Shown piece after piece: positions 12,310 to 23,825 of a DNA stretch of 64,000 nucleotides. The stretch spans positions 351,540,001 through 351,604,000 of the forward strand of contig OZ024742.1 in NCBI GenBank assembly GCA_964016885.1, written 5' to 3'. The translations under genes were made by a program, and so were the position numbers. Source of the DNA: Eledone cirrhosa. Taxonomy: Eukaryota. Positions within the stretch are counted from its first letter, which is position 1, and the number at the start of each line of letters is the position of its first letter. Under the pieces are notes generated by a model that searched no databases, had not been told where the DNA came from, and was given only the letters and a program-made list of their open reading frames with translations.

Positions 12310-15300
12310 TTACAGATATATACTCAGAGTCGGCCCATTCACTCGGGCCATTCTTGCTTCTCTCACCCATCTTTCAACAAAATGCTGGGAAGAGAGCACT
12401 TCCCTCTCTACTCTGATTTTCCTTTTCAAATGAAATTTGAAAAAGTCAATCAGAGCATCACCGAAGAGGTAAGTGCTCGTCTTCAGCCCTTTCAAACGTG
12501 TCCACCATACTATCTCTTTCGCCATGGCCACCAGACAGATAAAAACTGCCTGCCCTTCCCGGCTAAAGGAGGAGGGCGGGGCAATCCTCACGATAGACTC
12601 AGATGATAGCTGGATCCGTCCTAAACGCGACAGCAGGTGTTCGACATAAACCCACAAGTCAGCAATTTTCGGACACTGGACGAGTGCGTGCAGGACGGTT
12701 TCGTCGCCATGCGCGCATCTCGGACATGCCCGGCTGACGGCACCTCCATGCCTGTAGAGTTTATCCCGAACTGGCAAGGCTCCTCGGTAGCACTGCCAGG
12801 CCAGAGATTTCTGGAAGTTGTCCATAGGCCCTGGCCCGAAAGTTCTTCCGAAGAGATTGGCTAGTTGATTTTCGTCGACGCCTAGAGTTTCCCCAAGTAC
12901 GTCGTCGCTCTTCCCCTCCACTAATCCTCTATAGAACGCCGAGGTGGAGTTTCCACCGATCACATTGCCCGATTGGTCGAGGGCTGTGAGCGCCTGAAGA
13001 CATTCCAGTCTCCAGGCGCTCCCTCTCGGTCTTCGCTTGACCCAGGACTGCAGCTCCGTCAAGGAAACGAGCTGGGGAAAAACGCGTCTAGCAAACGGCG
13101 ACCACACCTGATCACCGTCGAGGAAGAGGTGGAGATGTCGTAGCCTGAGCGCGTGCCTGCGCATCATCAGCCACGGCATGCCCAGCCCTCCACGTAGCGG
13201 GTGTTGACAACAGATGGACCGCCTGACCATCGGAGCACGTCCCTTCCACAAAAAGCGAAAGAGCAAACGCTCCAGCGCAGTCAGGCGAGGCTTAGGACAA
13301 GGTACGACGGTTAGGCGGTAGCAGATGACAGACGCGATGTACGCGTTAGCCACCTCCGCTCGACCTTTCAGGGATAGCTTCCTCTCCGCCCATTTCTGGG
13401 TGAGAGAAGCCACCCTGCTCGTCACCTCGTCCCAGTTTTTGTCCGTCTGGAGGTCCGGACCGAACCAGACCCCTAGCAATTTAACCGGTCCGTCCGTCCA
13501 GCGCCCGACGACGCTGTTGGACGGCATGGACCTGCCTCTCCAGGTGCCGAGCTGCAGGCCCACTGACTTTTCCTGGTTGATCATTGCTCCTGTCACCGCT
13601 TCGTATTCTCTTAGTGTAGTGCCGATCGCCTCGATGTGTTTGGCGTTCGACACCACTACGGTGACATCGTCCGCATATGCTGACACGGATCTTCCGCATC
13701 CTAGTTCGCGCGGGACTCCCCTCAACGTCTCCAGTTTGTGCAGTAATGGCTCGAGCGTCAATACGTACAAGAGGGACGAGAGGGGACATCCTTGGCGGAC
13801 CGAGCGCATGATGTTGAACGGTTCCGACAGGTGACCGTTCACTCTCACCACAGAGCAGATGTCGCTGTGCATGGCAGCGATCCAGCCTCTGAAGACGGGC
13901 CCAAAGCCAGCCGCCCTCAGGACTGCCGCTAGGTAACGATGGTCGACCCTATCGAAAGCTTTCGACTGATCTAAATTGATCAAGGACCCACCCGTGCCAG
14001 GTTCCCTAGCTACCCTCTCTACGATGTATCGCATGAGGTGGAGGTTGTCGTGGATGGATCTGTCGGGAATGGCGCATGTCTGCGCCTCTCCCACCAGACC
14101 ACCAACGACAAGCGCCAACCTCTTTGCTAGCACCTTGGCCAAAATCTTAAACTCTGTGTTTAGCAGAGTTATGGGCCGGAAATTTTCTATGTTATCCCCC
14201 TTGTTCGGATCCTTTCTCAGCAGTGCCACCGCTCCTCGGCTCACAGAACTGGGAATTCTCCCGTTCTGTTGCCAGTTGCAGTAGACGTCCGCCAAGAGGC
14301 CTCCGAACAAGTCTGGCATCTGTACGTAAAGTTCATAGGGCAGACCATCCAAACCAGGCGATTTACCCCTTGTGCAGCCAGTCATTGCCTCCCTTACTTC
14401 AGCGGCTGTTATCGGCTTTTCGCAACACTTCGCCTCAGTGGCCGAGAGCCGCGGCAGTCCGTCGAGGTAGACACTAAAGTCCATCCCTCTACCCGGCCCA
14501 CCGCTGCCCCCGAACAGCTGAGCGAAGTGTCGCTGAAAAGCTTCACACATTTGCCCGGGATCGAGTAGCATGCGCCCGTCGTGGTCCACCAAAGAGCGGA
14601 TCGTGGCTTTGTTGCCACGACGCGCCTCCGCCACTCGGGCCCATTGCACGGCTTTCGTCCCCTCGTGTCTGAGAGCACGCACCCTTGCTCTGACAACGCA
14701 GCCTTCGTGCTTTGCATTGAAGAATTGGTCAAGGGCCAATTTCGCCGCAAGCACGTCGGTCGCAATGCCTTTGCTAAGCGCCTCGTCTAATTTTCTAACT
14801 AGTTCTCCCTCTGCTCTATTTTTCTCTATTGCTAAAGCCTTACTAAACCTAATCGATTCTATTCTAATCGCTCTTTTCAGAGCAAACCACCACTTGTTGT
14901 TGACGATGGCCCCCGTCAACGCCCGCTTAACTAGTTCGCTAATCCGGTCTCTGTAGGCCTTGCGCGCTGGTAAGGACGCGTTTAGCTTCCAGTAGCCGGG
15001 TCCTCGTCTATGAAGCCTATCTAAGTCAAGCACACAGATCACGAATTTGTGGTCCGTGTAGCTGACTATCTTGAATTGTGGACAGCCTATGCTAGACCTA
15101 TCTATTTCCCTACAAAATACTCTATCTAGATATGATCTGGATGACCCTATGCGGTTTGTCCAAGTCCACATTGGCACATTCGGGAAATCCAATCGGTACC
15201 TGTCAGACAGTTCAAAACGCCTGAGCAGGTTGGTGAGGCTCTTGCACCCTCCACCCCTATCCGCTAATCCCACACAGTCCCAGCGTGCATCTAAGATCCC

Positions 15301-15729
15301 GTTCCAGTCGCCCACTAACACTAAAGAGCGGGACGTTCCAAGAAAGGTCTCCAGACGCCGGAAGAAATCAGGCCGCCCTGCTCCTGTCGGGGCATAGACG
15401 GCCACTAGCCTGAAAGCTTGCCCGTCTCCGCTGGTCACGTCCAGCACCACCAGCTTACCCTCTGGGTCCAGGAAGATGGCCCGTATGGCGAGATCCAAAC
15501 CTCTCCGAAAAAGCACAGCAACTCCTCCACCGGATCCAGGACGGCTGGGAGATGCGTACACATCGAAGCCGCCGAAGATCGGTGCGAAGGCCCGTGCTTC
15601 GGAGATTCTGGTCTCGCTGATGGCCACTACATCTATGTTTAGTGACCTGAGGTCGTTGAGCAGGTGACCCTGCTTCCATGACGACCCCAAGCCACGCGCA
15701 TTTATGCTGCCTATTCTGAGTGAGGTCAT
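12310..15729 (-). CDS. Tx1-like ORF2: APE endonuclease, reverse transcriptase and C-terminal CCHC finger (1139 aa)
   Basis: GSINARG, ISETR, VAVYAP, VGDWN, YLDRVF and TDH (APE); FRPITLLN, LDQSKAFDRV, QGCPLS and YADD (RT); CPRC..ETVLHALVQC. Confidence 0.95.
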   Translation of the reverse strand: MTSLRIGSINARGLGSSWKQGHLLNDLRSLNIDVVAISETRISEARAFAPIFGGFDVYASPSRPGSGGGVAVLFRRGLDLAIRAIFLDPEGKLVVLDVTSGDGQAFRLVAVYAPTGAGRPDFFRRLETFLGTSRSLVLVGDWNGILDARWDCVGLADRGGGCKSLTNLLRRFELSDRYRLDFPNVPMWTWTNRIGSSRSYLDRVFCREIDRSSIGCPQFKIVSYTDHKFVICVLDLDRLHRRGPGYWKLNASLPARKAYRDRISELVKRALTGAIVNNKWWFALKRAIRIESIRFSKALAIEKNRAEGELVRKLDEALSKGIATDVLAAKLALDQFFNAKHEGCVVRARVRALRHEGTKAVQWARVAEARRGNKATIRSLVDHDGRMLLDPGQMCEAFQRHFAQLFGGSGGPGRGMDFSVYLDGLPRLSATEAKCCEKPITAAEVREAMTGCTRGKSPGLDGLPYELYVQMPDLFGGLLADVYCNWQQNGRIPSSVSRGAVALLRKDPNKGDNIENFRPITLLNTEFKILAKVLAKRLALVVGGLVGEAQTCAIPDRSIHDNLHLMRYIVERVAREPGTGGSLINLDQSKAFDRVDHRYLAAVLRAAGFGPVFRGWIAAMHSDICSVVRVNGHLSEPFNIMRSVRQGCPLSSLLYVLTLEPLLHKLETLRGVPRELGCGRSVSAYADDVTVVVSNAKHIEAIGTTLREYEAVTGAMINQEKSVGLQLGTWRGRSMPSNSVVGRWTDGPVKLLGVWFGPDLQTDKNWDEVTSRVASLTQKWAERKLSLKGRAEVANAYIASVICYRLTVVPCPKPRLTALERLLFRFLWKGRAPMVRRSICCQHPLRGGLGMPWLMMRRHALRLRHLHLFLDGDQVWSPFARRVFPQLVSLTELQSWVKRRPRGSAWRLECLQALTALDQSGNVIGGNSTSAFYRGLVEGKSDDVLGETLGVDENQLANLFGRTFGPGPMDNFQKSLAWQCYRGALPVRDKLYRHGGAVSRACPRCAHGDETVLHALVQCPKIADLWVYVEHLLSRLGRIQLSSESIVRIAPPSSFSREGQAVFICLVAMAKEIVWWTRLKGLKTSTYLFGDALIDFFKFHLKRKIRVEREVLSSQHFVERWVREARMARVNGPTLSIYL

Positions 15730-15764
15730 GTTTAAAATAGAGTGGAAAAGATGGGAAAGACCAC

Positions 15765-17858
15765 TTACCGTACTTTTGGTAGAGGAGGGATGGTTTTTAC
15801 ATCCCTTTTCACTTGATCGTCTGGTGAAGGGACCGTTGAATGGTCCCTTCGGCTGGTCGTCGGCTCTTCTAAGAGAATGTCTGAGTATACTCTTCGATTG
15901 ATGGTTCCTCCTAGGTCCCTGAAATCACCAACTGCGTTGGGGAATTTCGTTTTAATATTTGTGTATTGTTTCTGTGCTATTTTTAGCAGTCTTATGTTAG
16001 TTGGCGTTTTGATTGGTGCTGGTATTATGTAGTCCTGTTGTGAAATGTCTGTGTGTTCAATTATGTAAGTCATTAGTTTCTTGTTGTGTGTATTTATTGC
16101 CGTGCATTTGTTTTTCTGGGGGTGGGGTGTGGTTCTGCTATTTTCTTGTCGTTGTTGCTGGGTGTGTGTGTTTTGTTGTTGTGTTTGCGATGTTGGTGCT
16201 TGTGGTGGTGGTGTTGAAGGTGTTGTTGGCGGTGGGGTTGTCGCCGGTGGTGATGGTGGCGCTAGTGTGGGTGGTGATGGTGTTGGTGTTGTTGCTGCTG
16301 TGGGTCTCTTTGCAGTAGACTTTACCCTTTTCTCATTTCTTTCCTCCCTTTTCAAAGGCGACGATGCGCTGCTTCTGCGTTTGTGCCTTCTTGCGACCTT
16401 TTGCCATCCCTCTCCCACCTCACACTCCATGTCTGATTCTGTAAGGTCGGGGAGGGGTACCAGCTCCACTCTTTCACTTGTTGTTGTTGGTGATGTTTGC
16501 ACTGGAGTCTCTGTTGCAGCTGCATTTGGTATTGCTGTTGTTGTTGTTAATATTTCCACTGCTGCTGCTGTCTTTGATTTCCGTGGAGTGGGTATGGGTG
16601 CCACGGACCTATCGTTCCTGGTTGCCGCTTGTCCTGTTGCTGGTAGCCGTGGAGCCGGATTCGGAAGGAGGGGGGTTTTCTCCTTTCTCAGGGTCTTCTC
16701 GTTGCGGAAGGCCCTGAGGTGAGTCTTCGATCCACAGCGAAAGCATTTCGGGCGTTTGCCCTCAACACTTATGGGCAGTTGAGTGCCGTTATCGAAGTCT
16801 ATCACATCCGGGATAGCTTCGATGCACTCCTGGTTGGTTTGGATTAGCATCTCAATGGAGGAGCCGACCCAATCTTCTCTTACTTTTTTCTGTACTTGCA
16901 GTACAGTTGTTTTGTCCTCGATTCCGACGAGGACAGACGCGGCCAGCCAAGAAGGGGTCATTCCGGGGGGGACGTGGGTCAGTTTGACCCTCACAATTTT
17001 TTGCCCGCAGTAGGAGGGCACCAACACCATTTCCTCGCTCCTTAGGGTCACTACTGATTGGGCCTTTGCCTCCTGGGGTGTGGCAAAAAGTACGTCTACG
17101 GTGGCGTATTTTTTGCCTCGGGTGATGTGCGTTTTCCTCTGCCACACAGACCCCAAGGCTTTTTGTATTTGGGCCTCTGTGGCTCTTTCCACCCTACGGG
17201 ATTTTGTACTTACTGTACGGTACGTGACCGTACAGTGCTCTTGGGTTTCGAAAAAATTTTTCGCTGCCTTGCAGATTGCTCGGTGTCCGTTCTTTGTCAC
17301 CATCTTCTTCGCTTCCTCTAATTCCTCATTTGTTATGAGGATTGTCTCCAAGTTTTTCGCAATACCTGCAAATGAGATTGGTTTTTCTCTGCTGTTGTTG
17401 TTGTCGTCAGAGCTGCTGGTACTTTTGTTGCTGCAGGTACTACGACTACTGCCTCCGCCGCTGTTGCTGTGGTTGTTGTTGGTGTTGCTGCTGCTAATGC
17501 TGTTGTTGTTTATGATGCTGGTGATGCTGTTGCGGCTGCTACTGTTGTTTTCATTGTCACTGTTGCTGTTGTTATTACGGCTGCTACTGCTATTATTCCT
17601 GACGTCAGACGAATGAACTGGGTTTTCGTATTTCCCGCACACCTGTTTCGTCGCTGTCGTCGTCGTCGTGGAGAAACCTTGCAGGCTTTGCACGAGACTT
17701 TTCTTTTCTTTCGTCGCTTGCGAAAGAGAAGGGAGGGAGAGAGACACATTTAAAGAAGGGAGGGAGAGAGACAATCTTCTCTCTGCTGTAGTGATGATTG
17801 AGGAAGAAGAAGACGGAATGAGTGGGAGTGACGTATGAAATTTCTTTTTGGTAGCCAT
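15765..17858 (-). CDS. Tx1-like ORF1 nucleic-acid-binding protein with degenerate zinc knuckle
   Basis: Long open frame ending 35 nt upstream of ORF2; first ATG at 17858 (MATKKK). Contains CFRCGSKTHLRAFR, plus N/S-rich and P/T-rich tracts. Confidence 0.85.
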   Translation of the reverse strand: MATKKKFHTSLPLIPSSSSSIITTAERRLSLSLPSLNVSLSLPSLSQATKEKKSLVQSLQGFSTTTTTATKQVCGKYENPVHSSDVRNNSSSSRNNNSNSDNENNSSSRNSITSIINNNSISSSNTNNNHSNSGGGSSRSTCSNKSTSSSDDNNNSREKPISFAGIAKNLETILITNEELEEAKKMVTKNGHRAICKAAKNFFETQEHCTVTYRTVSTKSRRVERATEAQIQKALGSVWQRKTHITRGKKYATVDVLFATPQEAKAQSVVTLRSEEMVLVPSYCGQKIVRVKLTHVPPGMTPSWLAASVLVGIEDKTTVLQVQKKVREDWVGSSIEMLIQTNQECIEAIPDVIDFDNGTQLPISVEGKRPKCFRCGSKTHLRAFRNEKTLRKEKTPLLPNPAPRLPATGQAATRNDRSVAPIPTPRKSKTAAAVEILTTTTAIPNAAATETPVQTSPTTTSERVELVPLPDLTESDMECEVGEGWQKVARRHKRRSSASSPLKREERNEKRVKSTAKRPTAATTPTPSPPTLAPPSPPATTPPPTTPSTPPPQAPTSQTQQQNTHTQQQRQENSRTTPHPQKNKCTAINTHNKKLMTYIIEHTDISQQDYIIPAPIKTPTNIRLLKIAQKQYTNIKTKFPNAVGDFRDLGGTINRRVYSDILLEEPTTSRRDHSTVPSPDDQVKRDVKTIPPLPKVR

Positions 17859-19084
17859 GTTTTTTTGTTTAAAATGAAATTTTGGGTACAAAACCACAAT
17901 AACTGGTTATTTAACCCCGAAGGGCCAAATAACGGACAGAAAGACCCCTCTCACGAGGAGGAGGGTGTCTTTATCAACAATTTGGTTCAAGTTTTAAACA
18001 ATTTACAATTGTTTTAACGGTTAAAAATTACTATACCTTACAGAGCCGAGCCTCCGTCAACCATGGCATTCAATAATAATAATAATAATAATAATAAGAA
18101 GAAGAAGAAGAAGGGAAGAAGACGCACGTGGTGGTAGAAGGTCATGAAATCGCTCCGGTAAGATTTTGATTTTTAACATATTTAAATAAATTGTGAAATA
18201 ACAATTCTTAGTACAAATGATGCATAAATCACCGAATCAAGTCACATAAAAATTCGGATCTATAATATATTGTTATAACGCTCAAATATTCAATGTTGTA
18301 TTATATATTTTATATTAAAAAAAGAAAATGGTTATACATGGAAGAACACCCCCGCTGTCTACACCAAAAACTAGATACACCTCCTACCCCATCACCCCGC
18401 TGTGTACACTAAATATAAATAACAGCCAGATAACGGCAATTTCACCACCACCACCACCAATCCCAGCATCATAATAATAATTACTATTATTATTGTCTCA
18501 AGTTTTAACAAAATGTTTAATTCCAATATTAAGGGAATATGTAAACACATATATTAAACATACGCGACACAAACGCATAGATACTACAGATCAAACAAAA
18601 CTAGTCTATTCGACATAACTCAGTAACGACAACGCCACCGCCGCCACCACTTCATCCATCATTGCTATCACTATCCCATCACCGCCGCCACCACTCCTTC
18701 ATTGCTACCACCTCTATTTCCCGGTTAACTTAAGAAAGGGGAAGGTGGCGGTATCACTAGATAAGGGAGAGGCTAGCAAAATATATAAATAGATTGACTT
18801 AGTGACCCGGCCACCGGCCAAAGGTCAACAACTATGGCACTGTTGGCTCCCCCTTCCCCACCAACAATATAAAAAGCCCCAGCACCACCACCGACATAGC
18901 CAACAACAATAACAGGCAACTTCAGCAAAAAGTATATTATATTATTGTAATGCACTGGGTAATTGCTGGCCTTGTGCCTGGAGTGGATACAATTATTAAT
19001 AATTTCATTCTTAAGCCACGCAATGCTCACATTAAGGAACCCCTCATGATAATAACAATTAAAAAAAACAACAAAAAAGAAAAC

Positions 19085-22000
19085 CCCGTGACCAAGAAAT
19101 ACCGGGATGGTGGCCGGCCGGGAATAGCCGTGTCTCTAGGGGAGAACGACCCCTCTTGTCTTGGTTGACACTCGTTCTAGAAGTGGTAACACGAAATGAT
19201 TACACTTGGCGGATAAGGATAAAACTCGACAAAATAAAGTAAATGTCTAATGATAAAATCTCATACCGGATCGGCCGTCACCCAGGTAAAAAAGGGCCGC
19301 GTCCCTCAGAGAGGAACCAGACTGGGGTCGAAAATCAGCTAATGGTTCAAACCTTCCCATCACTTCGGAGCTGGAGACCTCCCATAACCGGAATACTCCT
19401 ACTGTTGGCCCTCCATGCTCACCACCATGAAATCCAAAGAAAAAGAGAGAAAAATGCTCAAGGGAAGATAATAAAGAAGTCCTTGAGGCTTTCTACACTG
19501 CCATGTACAACCCATCAAATATATCGAATACAGAACAGACATATATCAACTGGAAAATGAAACATCCCGAAAACAGAGGCTATATTGACAGTAACAAACT
19601 AGCCAATATACGAAGAAATATTGTAAAAAAAAATTACTAACTGATATAGAAATTGATCAGATCAAGCTATTAGCACAAAGTCAGCGAAGGGAAAATGAAA
19701 CATGTGTCAGTGAAAACGAGGTAAATTGTAACACTTCGAATCCCAGGGTTGGGGTGGAATCACTGGCAACAGAACAAATTAAAGAAAGGATCGAAAAAGT
19801 GGAGAGAGTTCATGCTCAAGATGAAACTCCAAATGAAAATAATGACATCGTAAATGATAAATAAATGAATGAGAATGAACTTGCCAACTTGAAGGATGAA
19901 ATTATGATCGAATGATGAAAATGAAAAGATCCAGAACTCCAAACAGAACCAAAAGATAATACACAAGACTACCATAATTCTCAAAAACATTATCATCACA
20001 AACAAACTAAACATTACTGATTTAAACCATCTATATTATGCATCGGCTAAAGTCACCACTCACTTATGTGGAGTGAAGATGAAAAAACAAAGGAATTCCA
20101 ACAAGAAATCTACTTGGCAAGAGAACATCAATCGCCAAATAAACCTTCTCCGATCTGATATAGACATTTTAACAAACTATAAAGTAGGTGAACATGTTAA
20201 ACAAACCAAACTTAGAAAATTGAAAAGAAAGTACAGTATAAAATCAACAAGTGACATAGACATGCTGATGGAAATAATCAAGCAAAAAGTGTCGGCCAAA
20301 GCTGCTCGTATAAGGCGCTTTGAAAAACGATCTAGATTCTATAAGGACAATATGTTCAAAAACAACCAAAGAAACGTCTACAGAAAAATTGGTATGTCAT
20401 CAATAACTGCTAAATTAATACCACCCACCAAGGAGGAAGTGCAAGAATTCTGGGAAAAGATCTGGGCCGAAGAAAAAGTTCATAACATACATCCCCCATG
20501 GATAGACAGACAAATGAAAGATACAGCTCACCTTGAAGAACAAATATGGGAAAATATAACAGTTGAACAGTTGCGCTTGGCTCTAAGAAAAACCAGCAAA
20601 TAGAAATCCCCAGGAAAAGACAAAGTACAACATTTTTAGGATAAATGCCTTCACAGAGACTCATGAGCTGTTAGCCCAAATTTACAATGAAATAGTTAAG
20701 GAGCCAGAAAAGATAACATCATGGATAGTTAACGGCATTACATTCCTGCTTCCGAAGAATGATGAGACAAACAGTCCAAAAATTACAGACCGATAACTTG
20801 CTTGACTACAATGTATACAATTTTAACATCAGTCCTAACTGAATATATATATCACCACCTGATAACAAATGACCTATTTCCCATTGAGCAGAAAGGGTGT
20901 AAACGAGGCTCATATGGCTGTAAGGATCAGCTTCTGGTTAACAAAATGATACTGGAAGATTGTCATAATAGACACACAAATCTATCAATTGCTTGGATAG
21001 ATTATAAAAAAGCATTCGATAGTTTGCCACACAGTTGGATTGAAAAATGTTTGGAGATTTTCAAAATATCTCCCGTTGTCAGGAGGTTTTTGTCATTCAG
21101 TATGAAGACATGGAAAACGACACTCCTTTTGAATAGTGAAACAAAATCACTGGAAGCTGGAGAAGTTAATATTAATTGAGGAATTATTAAGGGTGACTCT
21201 TTATCACCGCTTTTTTTCTGCATCGCACTTATACCATTAAGTAAAATCGTCAATGAAACAAAACATGGATATAAAGTCTATGACAAAACCATTAATCACT
21301 TGTTCTACATGGATGACCTGAAACTATTTGCAAAAAATGATGAACAATTGCAAGGGCTATTATCCAATGTGGAGCAGTTCAGTGATGACATTAAAATGGA
21401 GTTTGGGCTAGATAAATGCGCCAAAGCATAGTTCACCAGAGGAAAGCTTCTGAAGAGTTCGGACATTAATCTTGATCGGGGGAATGTGATAAGAGAACTT
21501 GATCAAGAAAAAACTTACACATATCTAGGTGTTTGTGAAGGAGACGGAATCAAGCACTCGACAATGAGGGAAAGGATAAGGAAGGAATGTTACTGTAGAG
21601 TAAGAGCAAACTTAAGAACGGAATTGAATCCAAGGAATAGGATCGATGCCATAAACACGCTTGCCATACCAGTAGTAACCTACAGTTACAATGTCATCAA
21701 CTGGTAAAGCACAGAGATCCGTAGGCTCGATACAACAATTCTAAAATTCTTAACCATGCACAGAATGCATCACCCTAAGGAAGATACAGATATAATATAT
21801 CTCCCTAGGTAAGAAGGAGGACGTGGGTTAATCCAGTTAGACATTTCGTTGAAAACTGCAACAATTGGATTATCTACATATCTAAGGGAATCACATGATT
21901 GGATGATCAAACTCGTTTTCAAACACGAAAGCATCAAAAGATCATATTCCATTACAAAAGATGCACAAAGATACAGTAATGGACTACACATTCCAGAAGT

Positions 22001-23000
22001 CCCATTTACTGCTGAAATGGAAAACACAGAAAAAGCAAAGCAGGTAAAAGTAACTTCCAAGAAAGAACTGCTACAGAAACTGGCTAAGAAATGGCAAGAA
22101 AAAGCCGCTGTATGGAAAATACCCAGAGCGAGCTAACAATCCTGATGTTGACAAAACTTTAACCCATCAGTTGTTGGCATCCTCTGGACTGAAATCGGAG
22201 ACTGAAGGACTGATTATATCAGCACAAGATCAGTGTCTGCCAACAAAATATTACCAAGCCAACATAATACAAAAAGGATGCAGCCCATTATGCCGTGTAT
22301 GCAAACAACAACCAGAGACCATTGACCATATAATTTCAATGTGCAGTTCTATAGCTCCAACCGAAAACCTAAACAGGCATGACAGAGCTGCACAATACAT
22401 TCATTGGATAATGTGTAAGCATTTTGACCTGCCCCATCAAAAGAATTGGTGGGAGCATCAACCACCTCCCATACTTGAAAAAGATCACATCTCAATCTTG
22501 TGGAACTTTAGCATCCAAACAGACCGAACAATAGATGCAAATAGACCTGATATAATATTGAAGGACTTTAAAAAGAGGGTATGCCTGCTAATTGATGTGT
22601 CCGTTCCAATAGACAAGAATGTATCTATAAAAACATTTGAAAAATTGAGCAAGTATAAGGACATGGAGATAGAAATTGGAAAAATGTGGAAATTGAGAAC
22701 TATAACAATACCAGTGGTTGTAGGCGTTCTGGGAATGATGCCTAAGGGGTCCAATGATTACTTATCGCAAATCCCAGTAAACCCGCGTATAGAAGAAATA
22801 CAAAAGATAGTACTAATGGGAACTGCCCATATACTAAAGAAGATTCTGTCAATATATGTACATCACAAGTCTAAACACTAAAAATGCATGTGTGAGTATG
22901 TATGTTCTTTCTTGAACATGGCGGACATTGTTGTCTCTTGAGGTCACTGGTTGTGACTTGGTGATAACTCGTATGAACATAAAGCAAGATAAATGCAACT

Positions 23001-23001
<1 letters not shown>
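19085..23001 (+). mobile_element. Near full-length degenerate R4/Dong-clade element (family 2)
   Basis: R4-type N-terminus (IDSNKLANIRRNIVKKKLLT); RT WIDYKKAFDS, GDSLSPLFFC and HLFYMDDLK; CRVC..DHIISMC, RHD and RPDIILKD..LIDV. Stops and frameshifts. Followed by (TAA)n from 23002. Confidence 0.9.
19090..19193 (+). ncRNA. Candidate decayed HDV-like ribozyme at the 5' end of the Dong element
   Basis: P1 GACCAA/TTGGTT with G1-U wobble, P3 GAC/GTC, L3 CCCTCTT, P4 CACT/AGTG, P2 CGTG/CACG. J4/2 GTAA lacks the catalytic C. Confidence 0.4.
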
Positions 23002-23035
<34 letters not shown>

Positions 23036-23041
<6 letters not shown>

Positions 23042-23407
23042 TAAGATCTGCTTATTGAATTTGAGAAAATGTGGCACCTCAAGGCCGTTACAATACCAGT
23101 ATATATACTGGGTATGATCAAGAAAGGAACAGAACAATATTTGCGAATGATTCCTGGTTTGTCCTCTCTTCTACACAAGGTGCACAGAATTGTTTTAACT
23201 GGTACTGCACACGTATTGAGAAGAGCACTATATCTTTAAGATTGATATCTCATCTTGTATTTCCATATGAATAAGCACATGAGTATATATGTATATATAT
23301 ATATTTTTTTAAATTATAATCAATGTGCTGTATTAACTGGCTTACCAATGCACACTGTGAATTTATTTGCCCTAGGCGTCGGGAAGACGCTTGGCATATA
23401 TTTCAGA

Positions 23408-23415
<8 letters not shown>
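23036..23415 (+). mobile_element. 3' fragment of a third R4/Dong family
   Basis: Encodes DLLIEFEKMWHLKAVTIPV...GTAHVLRRAL, homologous to the C-terminus of family 2. (TAA)n on both sides. Confidence 0.8.
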
Positions 23416-23451
<36 letters not shown>

Positions 23452-23468
23452 TATCTCAGAAACAATAA

Positions 23469-23500
<32 letters not shown>

Positions 23501-23503
<3 letters not shown>

Positions 23504-23800
23504 TAACCGATACCAGGACTTAAAGTGTGAGGTAAAAAGGATTTGGAACTGCCATGAAGTCAAAGTGATCCCGACTGTCATAGTCGCACTAGGGACTATC
23601 TCAAAAGGTTTCCAGGGATTGTGAAAGAAAATTGGCCCCTTCACGGTTTTGGAACGCTTCAAAAGGCATGCTTTCTGGGAACAGCAAGAACCCTCCGATA
23701 CGTCCTGAATATCTGAGGCTGCAGGTAGTGGCTTGATATTCATTTCAACAAACTTTCCTGTTAACTAACATCAATGACTGAGACTCAAAGAGTAAAACAA
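23501..23800 (+). mobile_element. 3' fragment of Dong family 1
   Basis: Closely matches 11730-12010. Confidence 0.9.
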
Positions 23801-23825
23801 CAATAATAATATTAATAGTAATAAT

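Larger units (their letters stand above)
12044..18071 (-). mobile_element. Full-length Tx1-like (L1 superfamily) non-LTR retrotransposon
   Basis: Two open ORFs. The 3' end on minus reads ...cccttgtggttAATAAAgaaatca(TTA)n. (TAA)n tracts at 12011-12043 and 18072-18097. Confidence 0.92.

Noticed and set aside
13325-17753. Plus-strand ORFs of 60-213 aa
   Set aside because: They are antisense shadows of the GC-rich Tx1 ORFs and have no motifs.
18115-19060. Possible 5' extension of the Dong element
   Set aside because: Low-complexity CCA/TAA-rich sequence with no coding or structural link to the element.
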